Below are positions 11,569 to 20,747 of a stretch of DNA of 64,000 nt, one piece after another (position 1 is the stretch's first letter; the number at the start of each line of letters is the position of its first letter). This DNA is from an uncultured Prochlorococcus sp. GTDB taxonomy: Bacteria; Cyanobacteriota; Cyanobacteriia; PCC-6307; Cyanobiaceae. Under the pieces are notes generated by a model. That model saw only the letters and a list, made by a program, of their open reading frames with translations, made no database searches and was not told the origin of the DNA. The position numbers were made by a program, and so were the translations under genes. The stretch is from contig CACAXN010000003.1 in assembly GCA_902536455.1 (NCBI GenBank), positions 18,435 through 82,434 of the forward strand, written 5' to 3'.

Positions 11569-13017
11569 TTAATCAAAAGGTAGCATATAGTTAATTCGTT
11601 TTGAGGGTTGAATGTTTTGCAAAAGTAATCTTCCCCATTTTCTTTTATTTGCTCTTCCATCTAAAATTATTAACTTACCTGAATTTCTTCTTAAAGGAGA
11701 AATAGATCTTTCAAGTTTTATTCTAGCTTTAGGAAGAAAGAAGTCTCTAAACCAATCTTGAGAAAGCTTCTTTTTATGAGAAACTGTAATTGCATTAATG
11801 GGTTCTGACATATTCGGAATTGGAAGCAAAGGAATGATAATTTGTTCTGGAATTTGAATTGAATAAGAATTCATAATCCACCAGTCAAAACTAGAGCAAA
11901 GAATTTCGTTTTTACCAGAGGGAATTGTCTCTAGCAATACCCTCTTCCCGTACTTAGCAGCTAATTGAGTAGCAAGATTAGTTTTTAAATCATTATCATC
12001 AGACAAAATTAAAGTTATACCCTTTCTAAAAAGTACTAACTTTTTACATTTATCCAAGATTGAATCGGTAAAAAGAGGATTATTAGGAAGCAACTGTTTA
12101 GAGGGTATATATAATGAAATCTTCTTCTCTTCAAAATTACTTTTAAAATTAATAACCAAGTCAATATCTAAATTATGCTTTTTAAAATACATTTGGAAAA
12201 AATTATCTTTTCTCAATGCTGATAAAAAAACAAATTTATTATTTGAAAAAAATTCCTTTATTTGAGAAAGTTCATCTATGGGCTGCAAATACAGATTCCA
12301 ATCTAAATTTGCATCATCTAATTTTACCCAGCATGCCCAACCTTGAGACAATGCTTTGTTAACGCTTAAAAATTTATCAGAAAAAAAAGAATTTTCATGA
12401 AAAAAGTATGAAAAAAAACTTATTTCTTTTTCATCTAAATTGATATAACTATTTCCTAAGACTTTTCTCATGAAGAACTTTTTCTTCAAGGAATCATATA
12501 CTTTGATAAATTTTTTGTTGATTAATTCAAATTCTTTAATATTTTTTGTCCAATCATCTTTAAGTAAAGAAATTTTAAAATAATTTGTTAAATCCTGTGT
12601 TATGTTCTCAATTCCAGAATAAACTATTCGATGATTTTTTAGATTACGAGATTTGGGATCATTAAGTAAATCTTGGATTGTTATCAAGCGAACATGGTGA
12701 TTTGCAAAAATAAGTTGATCATTTTGCAAAATAAAATTAAAGCCTAGATTTTTCAATGAATCAATTTGAAATTGGCTTATAAATTGAATTTTTTCTCTAG
12801 ATAAAATCAAAGTTGAATCCTCTTCCTTTAAAAATAGAGAAATCAAAATTGGAGGTAACCAATCATAGCTAGAGAAAATTTCTGAATTAATTAAATATGT
12901 AGAATCATTTTCAATACATTTAGAAATTATCCTCCCAAAAGAATATATATGTTCCCAACTAATACTTTGATCTCTCAAAAAATTTTTCAAATATTGATGA
13001 CTTAAAATTTCAAGCAT
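11569..13017 (-). CDS. Degenerate DinG/Rad3-like helicase C-terminal domain protein
   Basis: C-terminal IIPLLP..P, WFRDFFLP, GKLIILDGR resemble the DinG C-terminal domain; no Walker A or DEAH. Confidence 0.6.
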   Translation of the reverse strand: MLEILSHQYLKNFLRDQSISWEHIYSFGRIISKCIENDSTYLINSEIFSSYDWLPPILISLFLKEEDSTLILSREKIQFISQFQIDSLKNLGFNFILQNDQLIFANHHVRLITIQDLLNDPKSRNLKNHRIVYSGIENITQDLTNYFKISLLKDDWTKNIKEFELINKKFIKVYDSLKKKFFMRKVLGNSYINLDEKEISFFSYFFHENSFFSDKFLSVNKALSQGWACWVKLDDANLDWNLYLQPIDELSQIKEFFSNNKFVFLSALRKDNFFQMYFKKHNLDIDLVINFKSNFEEKKISLYIPSKQLLPNNPLFTDSILDKCKKLVLFRKGITLILSDDNDLKTNLATQLAAKYGKRVLLETIPSGKNEILCSSFDWWIMNSYSIQIPEQIIIPLLPIPNMSEPINAITVSHKKKLSQDWFRDFFLPKARIKLERSISPLRRNSGKLIILDGRANKRKWGRLLLQNIQPSKRINYMLPFD

Positions 13018-13112
13018 TTATAATTAATTCAATTTTAAATTCATACAAAATTTATGAACCTAATATACAAAAAATTGGTATCAATATAAGAGGGTCTTGA
13101 ATTTATCAATCT

Positions 13113-13952
13113 ATGAAAATTGGAATAGTAGGATTAGGTTTAATTGGCGGTTCTTTAGGATTAAAACTCCAAAGTCTTAACCATACAATTTATGGAATAG
13201 CAAATAATGAATTTAATGAAAAAAAAGCTAAGGATAAAAAACTTGCAAATTTTGTTAGCTGTGATCTGAGCTTATTAAAAAAATGTGAGCTAATAATTTT
13301 AGCATTGCCTATCGAAGATTTGATCAGACCGTCTCAACGATTAATAGCATCAATACCTAATGAAACAATACTAACTGATGTAGGCTCTATTAAAGAACCA
13401 ATTGTAAATACTTGGGAAAATTTACATCCTCTATTTATTGGATCTCATCCCATGGCAGGAACAGAAAAAAAAGGAGTTGATTCAGGTTTTGAAGGTCTTT
13501 TTAAAAATGCAAAATGGATTATAACCCCAACACAAAATAGTGACTTTAATGCAGTCAAAACTATTTCCGAGCTAATAAAATCAATGGATTGTGAAATTTG
13601 CCAAGCCTCGCCAAAAGAGCATGATGAAGCAGTATCTCTAATTTCTCATTTACCTATATTTTTAGCTTCTGCCCTAATTGAAACTGCACATACAAAAAGT
13701 AATCAATCTTTATTAGATCTCACACAAAAGTTGGCTGCTACAGGATTTGCTGACACTTCGAGAGTTGGCGGCGGTAATGAACAATTAGGCCTAGATTTAG
13801 CAATTAATAATCAGATTAATATTTTAAATGCAATAAATAATTTTAAAAATAAGCTGAATACATTGGAATCACTTATTAAAGAAAATAATTGGGAGTTACT
13901 TTCTAACAAACTTTCTGAAGCAAAAGAAATTAGACAAAATTTTATAAACTAA
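13113..13952 (+). CDS. tyrA: Prephenate/arogenate dehydrogenase
   Basis: GLGLIGGS, TDVGSIK, HPMAG, EHDEAVSLISHLP. Confidence 0.95.
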   Translation: MKIGIVGLGLIGGSLGLKLQSLNHTIYGIANNEFNEKKAKDKKLANFVSCDLSLLKKCELIILALPIEDLIRPSQRLIASIPNETILTDVGSIKEPIVNTWENLHPLFIGSHPMAGTEKKGVDSGFEGLFKNAKWIITPTQNSDFNAVKTISELIKSMDCEICQASPKEHDEAVSLISHLPIFLASALIETAHTKSNQSLLDLTQKLAATGFADTSRVGGGNEQLGLDLAINNQINILNAINNFKNKLNTLESLIKENNWELLSNKLSEAKEIRQNFIN

Positions 13953-15447
13953 AATTTTCTATACCTTTGGAAGCTAAAATTTGCCTTGAAACCATTAATG
14001 CAGACTGACTAACCCCTGCAGTCCCCTCTCCTGGATAAATCGAATCTCCACATAGCCATAAACCTTCAAAAGGAGTTCTACTTGATAATCCAAACAAACC
14101 AAAAATATCTGGATTTTGACCAAGCCCGCCTACTATCCCATTAGGTCTATTTGTCCATTTTTCAAATCCCAATGGAGTTGCTAATTCTCTATGTAGCCAA
14201 TTTTCAGGATCAATATCAAATTGACTTTCCAATTCAAGCGATAATTTTTTCATAAAATCCTTTTTCTTCTCTAAGTAAGTTTGTTTATCTAGATCAAACC
14301 AATCTTTTGTCTTGGTAAAGATACTCGCAATTAAGGTAACCTCACCTTTTGGTGCTCTTCCATCACCATCATCACTAATTGAAACGAATAACGAAGTAAA
14401 TTCTTTTGAAGCAAATTGATAATGATTGGAGGAAGTTGTTTTAATATGTTCTTTCTTTAATGCTGAATAAAAAACTACAGCTCCACTTGGATCAGGCAAA
14501 TTATTGAGTCGATTATGATAATTTTTTTTTCTTTTTAAAGGATCTTTTAAATGCTTGAGCAAAGATTGAGGAGGAGCGGTATAAATCAAATCTTTTGACT
14601 GGTAAATAAAAGATTTTTTTTTTGAATTAGCAGATACTTTCCAACACATATTTACGTCATCAAAATTTATAGAATTAACTCTTTGTCCAAAAATTATATT
14701 AGCTCCAGTTTTACTTAATGAACTTTCCAATGCTTCACTTAAAGACTGCATTGATTTTTTAAGATGCCACAGACCATGTGGCTGTTGACACATCTGAAGA
14801 ACAGTAGATCCATATAATGCAGCTGTATTATAAACGTCCTCTTGAGAATAAAGTTTTAGTTGAAGATTTAAGAACTTTATCAAACGCTCATTCTTAGATA
14901 ATCCACATATTTGCAATAAATCAAAAATAGTAGATTTAAGTAAGATACCTGTGACGAGATTGGAAGGTACTAGGGCTTTAAGAAGTTGAGAAAAATCCCA
15001 AAAATTTCTTATTGGTAATACAGGATTATTATTGGCAAATATCCAATTACTTTGATGAATGAGAGAACAAAGTTTCCAAAATCTACTACTCCCTGGAAAC
15101 TGCATTTCTAGTTCAGCAATCCATTTACTTTTTTCATACCAAATAGGTATAGGCTGACCATCATCCTTTAAATCAACAATGCATGCAGGATCTAAAATTG
15201 AGGCTTCTGGAGATGGAATATCTAAAAAATTAAAAATTCTAGAATGTATTCCTCCTTTCTCTAAACCCGCAACTTGAGTTGCTCCAACATCAAAAATATA
15301 ATTCTTTCTTTTAAAAGTACCGGCACATCCTCCTGATTGAGTATGAGATTCGATTAAATTCACTGATAACCCTTGTTTTGATAAAATCGCTGCAGAAGTT
15401 AAACCTGCTATACCTGCGCCAACAACAACAACTTCGGACTTTCTCAT
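13942..15447 (-). CDS. crtD: CrtD-like FAD-dependent carotenoid desaturase
   Basis: GAGIAGL Rossmann motif, FDVGATQVAG, CGDSIYPGEGTAGV; start moved to ATG 15447 (MRKSEV). Confidence 0.75.
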   Translation of the reverse strand: MRKSEVVVVGAGIAGLTSAAILSKQGLSVNLIESHTQSGGCAGTFKRKNYIFDVGATQVAGLEKGGIHSRIFNFLDIPSPEASILDPACIVDLKDDGQPIPIWYEKSKWIAELEMQFPGSSRFWKLCSLIHQSNWIFANNNPVLPIRNFWDFSQLLKALVPSNLVTGILLKSTIFDLLQICGLSKNERLIKFLNLQLKLYSQEDVYNTAALYGSTVLQMCQQPHGLWHLKKSMQSLSEALESSLSKTGANIIFGQRVNSINFDDVNMCWKVSANSKKKSFIYQSKDLIYTAPPQSLLKHLKDPLKRKKNYHNRLNNLPDPSGAVVFYSALKKEHIKTTSSNHYQFASKEFTSLFVSISDDGDGRAPKGEVTLIASIFTKTKDWFDLDKQTYLEKKKDFMKKLSLELESQFDIDPENWLHRELATPLGFEKWTNRPNGIVGGLGQNPDIFGLFGLSSRTPFEGLWLCGDSIYPGEGTAGVSQSALMVSRQILASKGIENFSL

Positions 15448-15452
15448 TGAAA

Positions 15453-16331
15453 ATGCAAAAATTATCACCCCTTGAAGTTAACGAAATTTGTGATGAATTA
15501 GGTGAAACCTATCCAAAAAGTATTAAACAAGTCCATGGTGGTGATATTCATAGTGCCTGGCAAATAGAATTCTCAAACAAAAAGTTATTCCTTAAAAAAA
15601 ACATTAGAAATAAAAAACTACTTGAATTTGAAAAATATTGTCTTAAGAATTTGAAAAAGTATATTAATCAAGAAAACTTAGTTATTCCTGACGTTATTGC
15701 ATATAAAAATAAAAAAAATATAGAGATTCTTCTAATTGAATGGATAGATATGCAAAACTTTGACCAAAAAAAGCTTGGAAAAGGTTTAGGTGAAATGCAC
15801 TTAAAATCAGCTGAATCTAGTCCCAAAATATTTGGTTCTCCAGTTGAGGGTTTTATCGGAACAATAGATCAGAAGAGAGGCTGGGAAGACAATTGGATCG
15901 ATTGTTTTTTAAACTTAAGGATAATACCCCAATTATTAATTCTTAAATCATCGATTTTAGATGAAGAAATTATAAATAAAGTTAAAGAAAAAATTAAATC
16001 AGAATTACTTAATCATAAACCAGTAAATGCTCTAGTTCATGGTGATTTATGGTCAGGAAATACAGGAATAGACAAAAGTGGAAAGGGAGTTATATTTGAC
16101 CCGGCATCTTGGTGGGCAGATTGTGAAGTAGATATAGCTATGACGAAACTATTTGGTGGCTTTACAAAAGAATTTTATGAAGAATATCATAGAATTTTTC
16201 CAATAAAAAAAGGATTTGAAAAAAGAATTATTATTTATAATTTTTATCACATATTAAATCACGCCAATATGTTTGGAGGAGCGTACATAGAACAAGTTAA
16301 AGACTACGCAAAAGCAATACTCAATATGTAG
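15453..16331 (+). CDS. Fructosamine kinase family protein
   Basis: VHGGDIH, LVHGDLWSGN, FDPA, EVDIAM..LFGGF; start moved to ATG 15453 to avoid overlap with crtD. Confidence 0.88.
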   Translation: MQKLSPLEVNEICDELGETYPKSIKQVHGGDIHSAWQIEFSNKKLFLKKNIRNKKLLEFEKYCLKNLKKYINQENLVIPDVIAYKNKKNIEILLIEWIDMQNFDQKKLGKGLGEMHLKSAESSPKIFGSPVEGFIGTIDQKRGWEDNWIDCFLNLRIIPQLLILKSSILDEEIINKVKEKIKSELLNHKPVNALVHGDLWSGNTGIDKSGKGVIFDPASWWADCEVDIAMTKLFGGFTKEFYEEYHRIFPIKKGFEKRIIIYNFYHILNHANMFGGAYIEQVKDYAKAILNM

Positions 16332-16338
16332 ACTTTGA

Positions 16339-16704
16339 CTAACCTAAATATGTTTTTTTGAGATTTTGTACCTTATCTAAAACAGCTTCACGATTTTCAC
16401 TGGTCCGAAGATTTTGCCAGCTCCATTGACCTACAACAATTACACCTAGCAGTTCTAGTAAACCGGGGAGAATTGGGAAAAAGTTTATCGTGTCAATAAC
16501 AACTTTAATTATTATCTGAGCTATTACGACGACAGCAATTATGCCTGCTGCCTTACCGTACTTACCCATTTGAGTCCAATCAACATTACTAAGGGTTTCG
16601 TTGACTTTTCCCATAACATCAGAGTACTTCTCTGAAAAACTTTTGGTTTCTGAGCTTGTTTCGGAGCCGGAGTCTTGGTTTGACTCTGGAGTGTTATCAC
16701 TCAT
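16339..16704 (-). CDS. CAAD/CURT1-like thylakoid membrane protein
   Basis: Acidic N-terminus, two TM helices, PILPGLLELLG motif; alternative start at 16719. Confidence 0.8.
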   Translation of the reverse strand: MSDNTPESNQDSGSETSSETKSFSEKYSDVMGKVNETLSNVDWTQMGKYGKAAGIIAVVVIAQIIIKVVIDTINFFPILPGLLELLGVIVVGQWSWQNLRTSENREAVLDKVQNLKKTYLG

Positions 16705-16997
16705 GAATTCAGTAAACATAATATATGAACCAGACAGTATCGGAAAAAACGTCTGTTGACTACCTTTTTGTTGTGCAAAATTCCGAACCGAAACATTTTG
16801 TATTTTTTAAAGGGCTTTGGTATGTGGGGTTTCTGAAGATATTTAAACTTAAAATTGATTTATAAAAACTTCACATTATCATCTAGTTCTAACAAAAACA
16901 TTAAAAAATCATATTAATAAGAAAATTTTAAAAGGCTAAAATTTTTATTTTAATTATTATGATTTCATAGTTTATGCGCAAAATTTAAAAGGTCGAA

Positions 16998-18143
16998 ATG
17001 TCCAATGATATCAAATTTAATTTTTTAAACTCTGATGAAGAAGAAAGATATCAAAAACATTTCAATCTCAAAGAGATAGGTTATGAGGGTCAACTAAATC
17101 TTAAAAAAAGCTCAGTATTATGCATTGGAGCAGGTGGGCTTGGATCCTCCGTTTTGCTTTATCTAGCCGCAGCAGGAATTGGGAGGATTGGAATAGTTGA
17201 TAACGATCAAGTGGAAAAGTCTAATCTCCAGAGACAGATAATTCATGAAACAAATACTATTGGCAATCTTAAAATTGACTCTGCCAGGGAAAGAATTAAA
17301 AAATTCAATCCTAATTGTGAAATATTAACCTTTTCAGAGAGAATTACTGCTAAAAACGCGCTTAAAACAATAAAGAAGTTTGATGTCATTTGTGATTGCT
17401 CGGATAACTTTGGCACAAGATATTTAATAAATGATTCATGCCTGATATTAAATAAACCTCTAGTCTTTGGAAGTGTACAGGGCTTTGAGGGTCAGGTGAG
17501 TGTATTCAATTTATATAAAAATAGTCCTAATTTAAGAGACTTACTTCCAGAATCACCTTCAAAAAATGCTGCCCCTAGTTGTGCGGAATACGGGGTTGTA
17601 GGCGTTTCAACAGGTTTAATAGGAATTCTTCAAGTTAATGAAATTATCAAAATCATTTTGAAAAAAGGTGAAATTTTAGATGGGAAAATTTTAATTTTTG
17701 ATCTATTGAATATGAATATGAAAAAATTACATCTCAAAAGTGATCATTTAAATAAACGAATAAAAAATTTGTCTCAGTTTGAGGGATTTTATAATGACAA
17801 TGAATATTGTGAGAAAAATATTGAAATCAAAAGTATTAATGCTAATGACTTTAATATTTTATACAAAGCAAAACCCAACAAAATTCTTTTAATTGATGTT
17901 AGAGAAAATGAAGAATTTTCTAATTCTGCAATAGAGGGATCTATATCAATTCCCTTAAGCCATTTGAACCGAGAATCTGACTTAAAATTTATTCAACAAG
18001 AAAGTTTAAGAAAAGAGGTTTTCACTATCTGTAAATCGGGGAAACGTTCTGAAAAAGCATCAAGAATCTTGTTTCAATTCAAAATTCAGTCAAGATCTAT
18101 TGAAGGCGGCATTGAAAAAGTAAAGAAAATATTTTGCAATTAA
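16998..18143 (+). CDS. moeB: MoeB/ThiF-family adenylyltransferase with C-terminal rhodanese domain
   Basis: GAGGLGS, SNLQRQ, DCSDN, IDVRE..E, CKSGKRS. Confidence 0.88.
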   Translation: MSNDIKFNFLNSDEEERYQKHFNLKEIGYEGQLNLKKSSVLCIGAGGLGSSVLLYLAAAGIGRIGIVDNDQVEKSNLQRQIIHETNTIGNLKIDSARERIKKFNPNCEILTFSERITAKNALKTIKKFDVICDCSDNFGTRYLINDSCLILNKPLVFGSVQGFEGQVSVFNLYKNSPNLRDLLPESPSKNAAPSCAEYGVVGVSTGLIGILQVNEIIKIILKKGEILDGKILIFDLLNMNMKKLHLKSDHLNKRIKNLSQFEGFYNDNEYCEKNIEIKSINANDFNILYKAKPNKILLIDVRENEEFSNSAIEGSISIPLSHLNRESDLKFIQQESLRKEVFTICKSGKRSEKASRILFQFKIQSRSIEGGIEKVKKIFCN

Positions 18144-18158
18144 TAAGTTTAATAATAT

Positions 18159-19319
18159 TTAGTAATCTACACCTCTTTTCAAATCAACTCCAACATTTGC
18201 ATAATGCTTATGACAAACCATTTCAGAGTAGACATCAGCAAGTTCAAAGTAGGAAGGTTCATTTTTACACCTCCCAGTAATTATAACTTCAGTTTCTGCT
18301 GGTTTTTTTAAAAGGGTTTGATGTATTGATTCCATAGGTAGAAGCTCTAAATCAACAGTTGGATTCAATTCATCTAAAATGATTGTTTTATACAAACCAG
18401 ACAAAATAGCAGCTTTAGCAATTTCCCATGCTCTTTCAGCTTCAACATAATCAATTGGCTGTTGCTGACCTCGCCATACGATAGCATCTCTACCTGAACG
18501 CAAATGATCAACTAAATGAGGGTAACTCTCTCTCAAAGCTTCTATGGCAGCATCTTCGGTATAACCATTACCACCTTTTAACCACTGTAATATTAAAACT
18601 CTATGACTTTTATCTTGAGATATTCCTTTACCAATAGCTTGAAGAGCCTTACCAAGTGCACTTGTAGATTTGCCCTTTCCTTCACCTGTATATATCTCAA
18701 CTCCACCGTTAAATCTCCTTTTTCCTGTTTGTTTTGAAAAATCTCCTGTTATACGTGGTCTCATTTCAGAATGGAGTTGCGATATTCTTACCAAAGAAAG
18801 GGGGGCTGCTCTTCCTGTAATAATTATTTCCAATCCATCAGGACGATTTTGAAGAGAATCAACTACTTCCTTAATATCAAGCATTCCTAAGTCGAGAACT
18901 GGATTCAATTCATCTAGTACAACTACAGAATAAAGTGAACTAGCAATTGCTCCTTTAGCAATATTCCACCCTCTCTCGGCCTCACCGATATCAAACTTTG
19001 TCACTTGATCAGCAGTAAAGAATTCAGATCTTCCTGTCCTTACATGGTCTATTAAGTGTGGAAAGCCTCTTTGCAAAGCTTCTATAGCAGCATCCTCGTC
19101 ATATGTCCTCTCCGGACCTTTCAAAAATCTCAGAAGTAAAACTCTTGATTGTCTTTTTTCGCATATTCCCAATCCAATTGTCCTAAGCACAACACCCAAA
19201 GCAGCCTGGCTTTTACCCTTACCTTCCCCATCATAAATATGCAATTGACCTTTTGATCTCTCTTGACTGTCACTTGCTGTGACGATTCCAATTCCTCTAT
19301 TTCTACTTGTATTGGTCAA
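18159..19319 (-). CDS. cobO: Cob(I)yrinic acid a,c-diamide adenosyltransferase, tandem two-domain form
   Basis: Two repeats of IY(D/T)GEGKGKS..ALG...LDELNP...IITGR. Confidence 0.88.
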   Translation of the reverse strand: MTNTSRNRGIGIVTASDSQERSKGQLHIYDGEGKGKSQAALGVVLRTIGLGICEKRQSRVLLLRFLKGPERTYDEDAAIEALQRGFPHLIDHVRTGRSEFFTADQVTKFDIGEAERGWNIAKGAIASSLYSVVVLDELNPVLDLGMLDIKEVVDSLQNRPDGLEIIITGRAAPLSLVRISQLHSEMRPRITGDFSKQTGKRRFNGGVEIYTGEGKGKSTSALGKALQAIGKGISQDKSHRVLILQWLKGGNGYTEDAAIEALRESYPHLVDHLRSGRDAIVWRGQQQPIDYVEAERAWEIAKAAILSGLYKTIILDELNPTVDLELLPMESIHQTLLKKPAETEVIITGRCKNEPSYFELADVYSEMVCHKHYANVGVDLKRGVDY

Positions 19320-19427
19320 TTGAGCAAGGTGAATAAATTTAATCTAGAATATGGAAATGAATATTATTAAAAATTTAATAATAATTTCAACCTATCCATA
19401 GGTAATTCGAATTTTAAAGTAATTAGC

Positions 19428-20252
19428 ATGTTCAATCAACTAGAAATACTCTCTGATGAACAAAGTGAAAAGCTTTATACAATAAGAAGATACATTAAGA
19501 GTCTGGATAGCGTTTGTATTGCTTATTCAGGAGGTGTAGATAGCACTTTGGTCGCATCATTAGCATTCGAGCAATTAGGTGACGAAGCTGTTGCAATTAC
19601 TGGAATTTCACCTGCATTAGCCAACACACTTCGTGAAGAAGCAAGAAGCCAAGCAAAATGGATAGGAGTAAAGCATTTAGAAATTAAAACATCAGAGTTA
19701 GACCAAACAAGTTATAGTGACAATCCTAAGGACAGGTGCTTTGCATGTAAAAAAGAGCTTCATAAACATACAACCTATTTATCAAAAAAACTAAATTACA
19801 AAAATGTTTTAGATGGAGTTAATCTTGATGATCTGAAAGATTACAGGCCTGGAATACAAGCAGCAAAAAAAGCTGGAGTTATTTCTCCACTCGCAATATT
19901 TGAATTCTCGAAACAAGATATTAGAGATATATCAAGAGCGTTAGGGTTCCCTTGGTGGGATAAACCTGCTCAGCCTTGCTTGGCATCTAGATTTCCTTAT
20001 GGGCATGAAATAACCAGTGAGAGGCTTAAAATGGTTGAAAAGGCAGAAGAATACCTTAAAGAAGGTGGTTTATCAGTGGTTAGAGTAAGATGTCAGGGTT
20101 CAACAGCAAGAATAGAAATTCCCAAAAATAAATTAGAGTATTTTTTTAAAAAATATAATTTTAGCGATTTAGTTAGATATTTTTCAAGTTTAGGATTCAA
20201 TTGTACAAGCCTAGATCTTGAAGGACTAATAAGCGGCAAACTCAATAGATAA
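19428..20252 (+). CDS. larE: LarE-family ATP-dependent sulfur transferase (PP-loop)
   Basis: SGGVDS, RCFACK, DYRPG, WDKPAQPCLASRFPYG. Confidence 0.85.
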   Translation: MFNQLEILSDEQSEKLYTIRRYIKSLDSVCIAYSGGVDSTLVASLAFEQLGDEAVAITGISPALANTLREEARSQAKWIGVKHLEIKTSELDQTSYSDNPKDRCFACKKELHKHTTYLSKKLNYKNVLDGVNLDDLKDYRPGIQAAKKAGVISPLAIFEFSKQDIRDISRALGFPWWDKPAQPCLASRFPYGHEITSERLKMVEKAEEYLKEGGLSVVRVRCQGSTARIEIPKNKLEYFFKKYNFSDLVRYFSSLGFNCTSLDLEGLISGKLNR

Positions 20253-20262
20253 ATATTACAAG

Positions 20263-20697
20263 TTATACAGCTGTTCTAATCTCATTAAAAATTGCTGCAG
20301 GTGGATTTCGCTCAATGACACGCAGGTAATGTTCTTCAGCTTTCAAAGCTTCGATTAAATATTCACTAGCAAGTTGTGGCATCATATTTTGACCACATGT
20401 AAAGATATCTACAGCAGAATAATTAGACTCAGGCCAAGTATGTATTGAAATATGGGATTCAGCTAGTAATGCTATTGCTGTAACGCCCTGAGGATCAAAT
20501 TTATTACTTATCAAATTTAGAACTGTTGCCTTTGCCAATTTGGCAGCTCTGTTTAAGGTACATCGCAAAAAAGATTCATCATTTAATTTTTCGTAATCAC
20601 ATCTATAAAGTTCCAACAAAAAGTGTTTACTTTGATGACTTAAAATTTGGTCATTACTGAAAGAACTTAAATTTTGATTTTTTTTGTGGACTTCCAT
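20263..20697 (-). CDS. speD: S-adenosylmethionine decarboxylase proenzyme
   Basis: GVTAIALLAESHISIHTWPE autocleavage motif, DIFTCG. Confidence 0.88.
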   Translation of the reverse strand: MEVHKKNQNLSSFSNDQILSHQSKHFLLELYRCDYEKLNDESFLRCTLNRAAKLAKATVLNLISNKFDPQGVTAIALLAESHISIHTWPESNYSAVDIFTCGQNMMPQLASEYLIEALKAEEHYLRVIERNPPAAIFNEIRTAV

Positions 20698-20747
20698 TAA
20701 AAAATTTGTATGAGTATAAGATTAGCTAAAAATCATAACTTTTAGAA

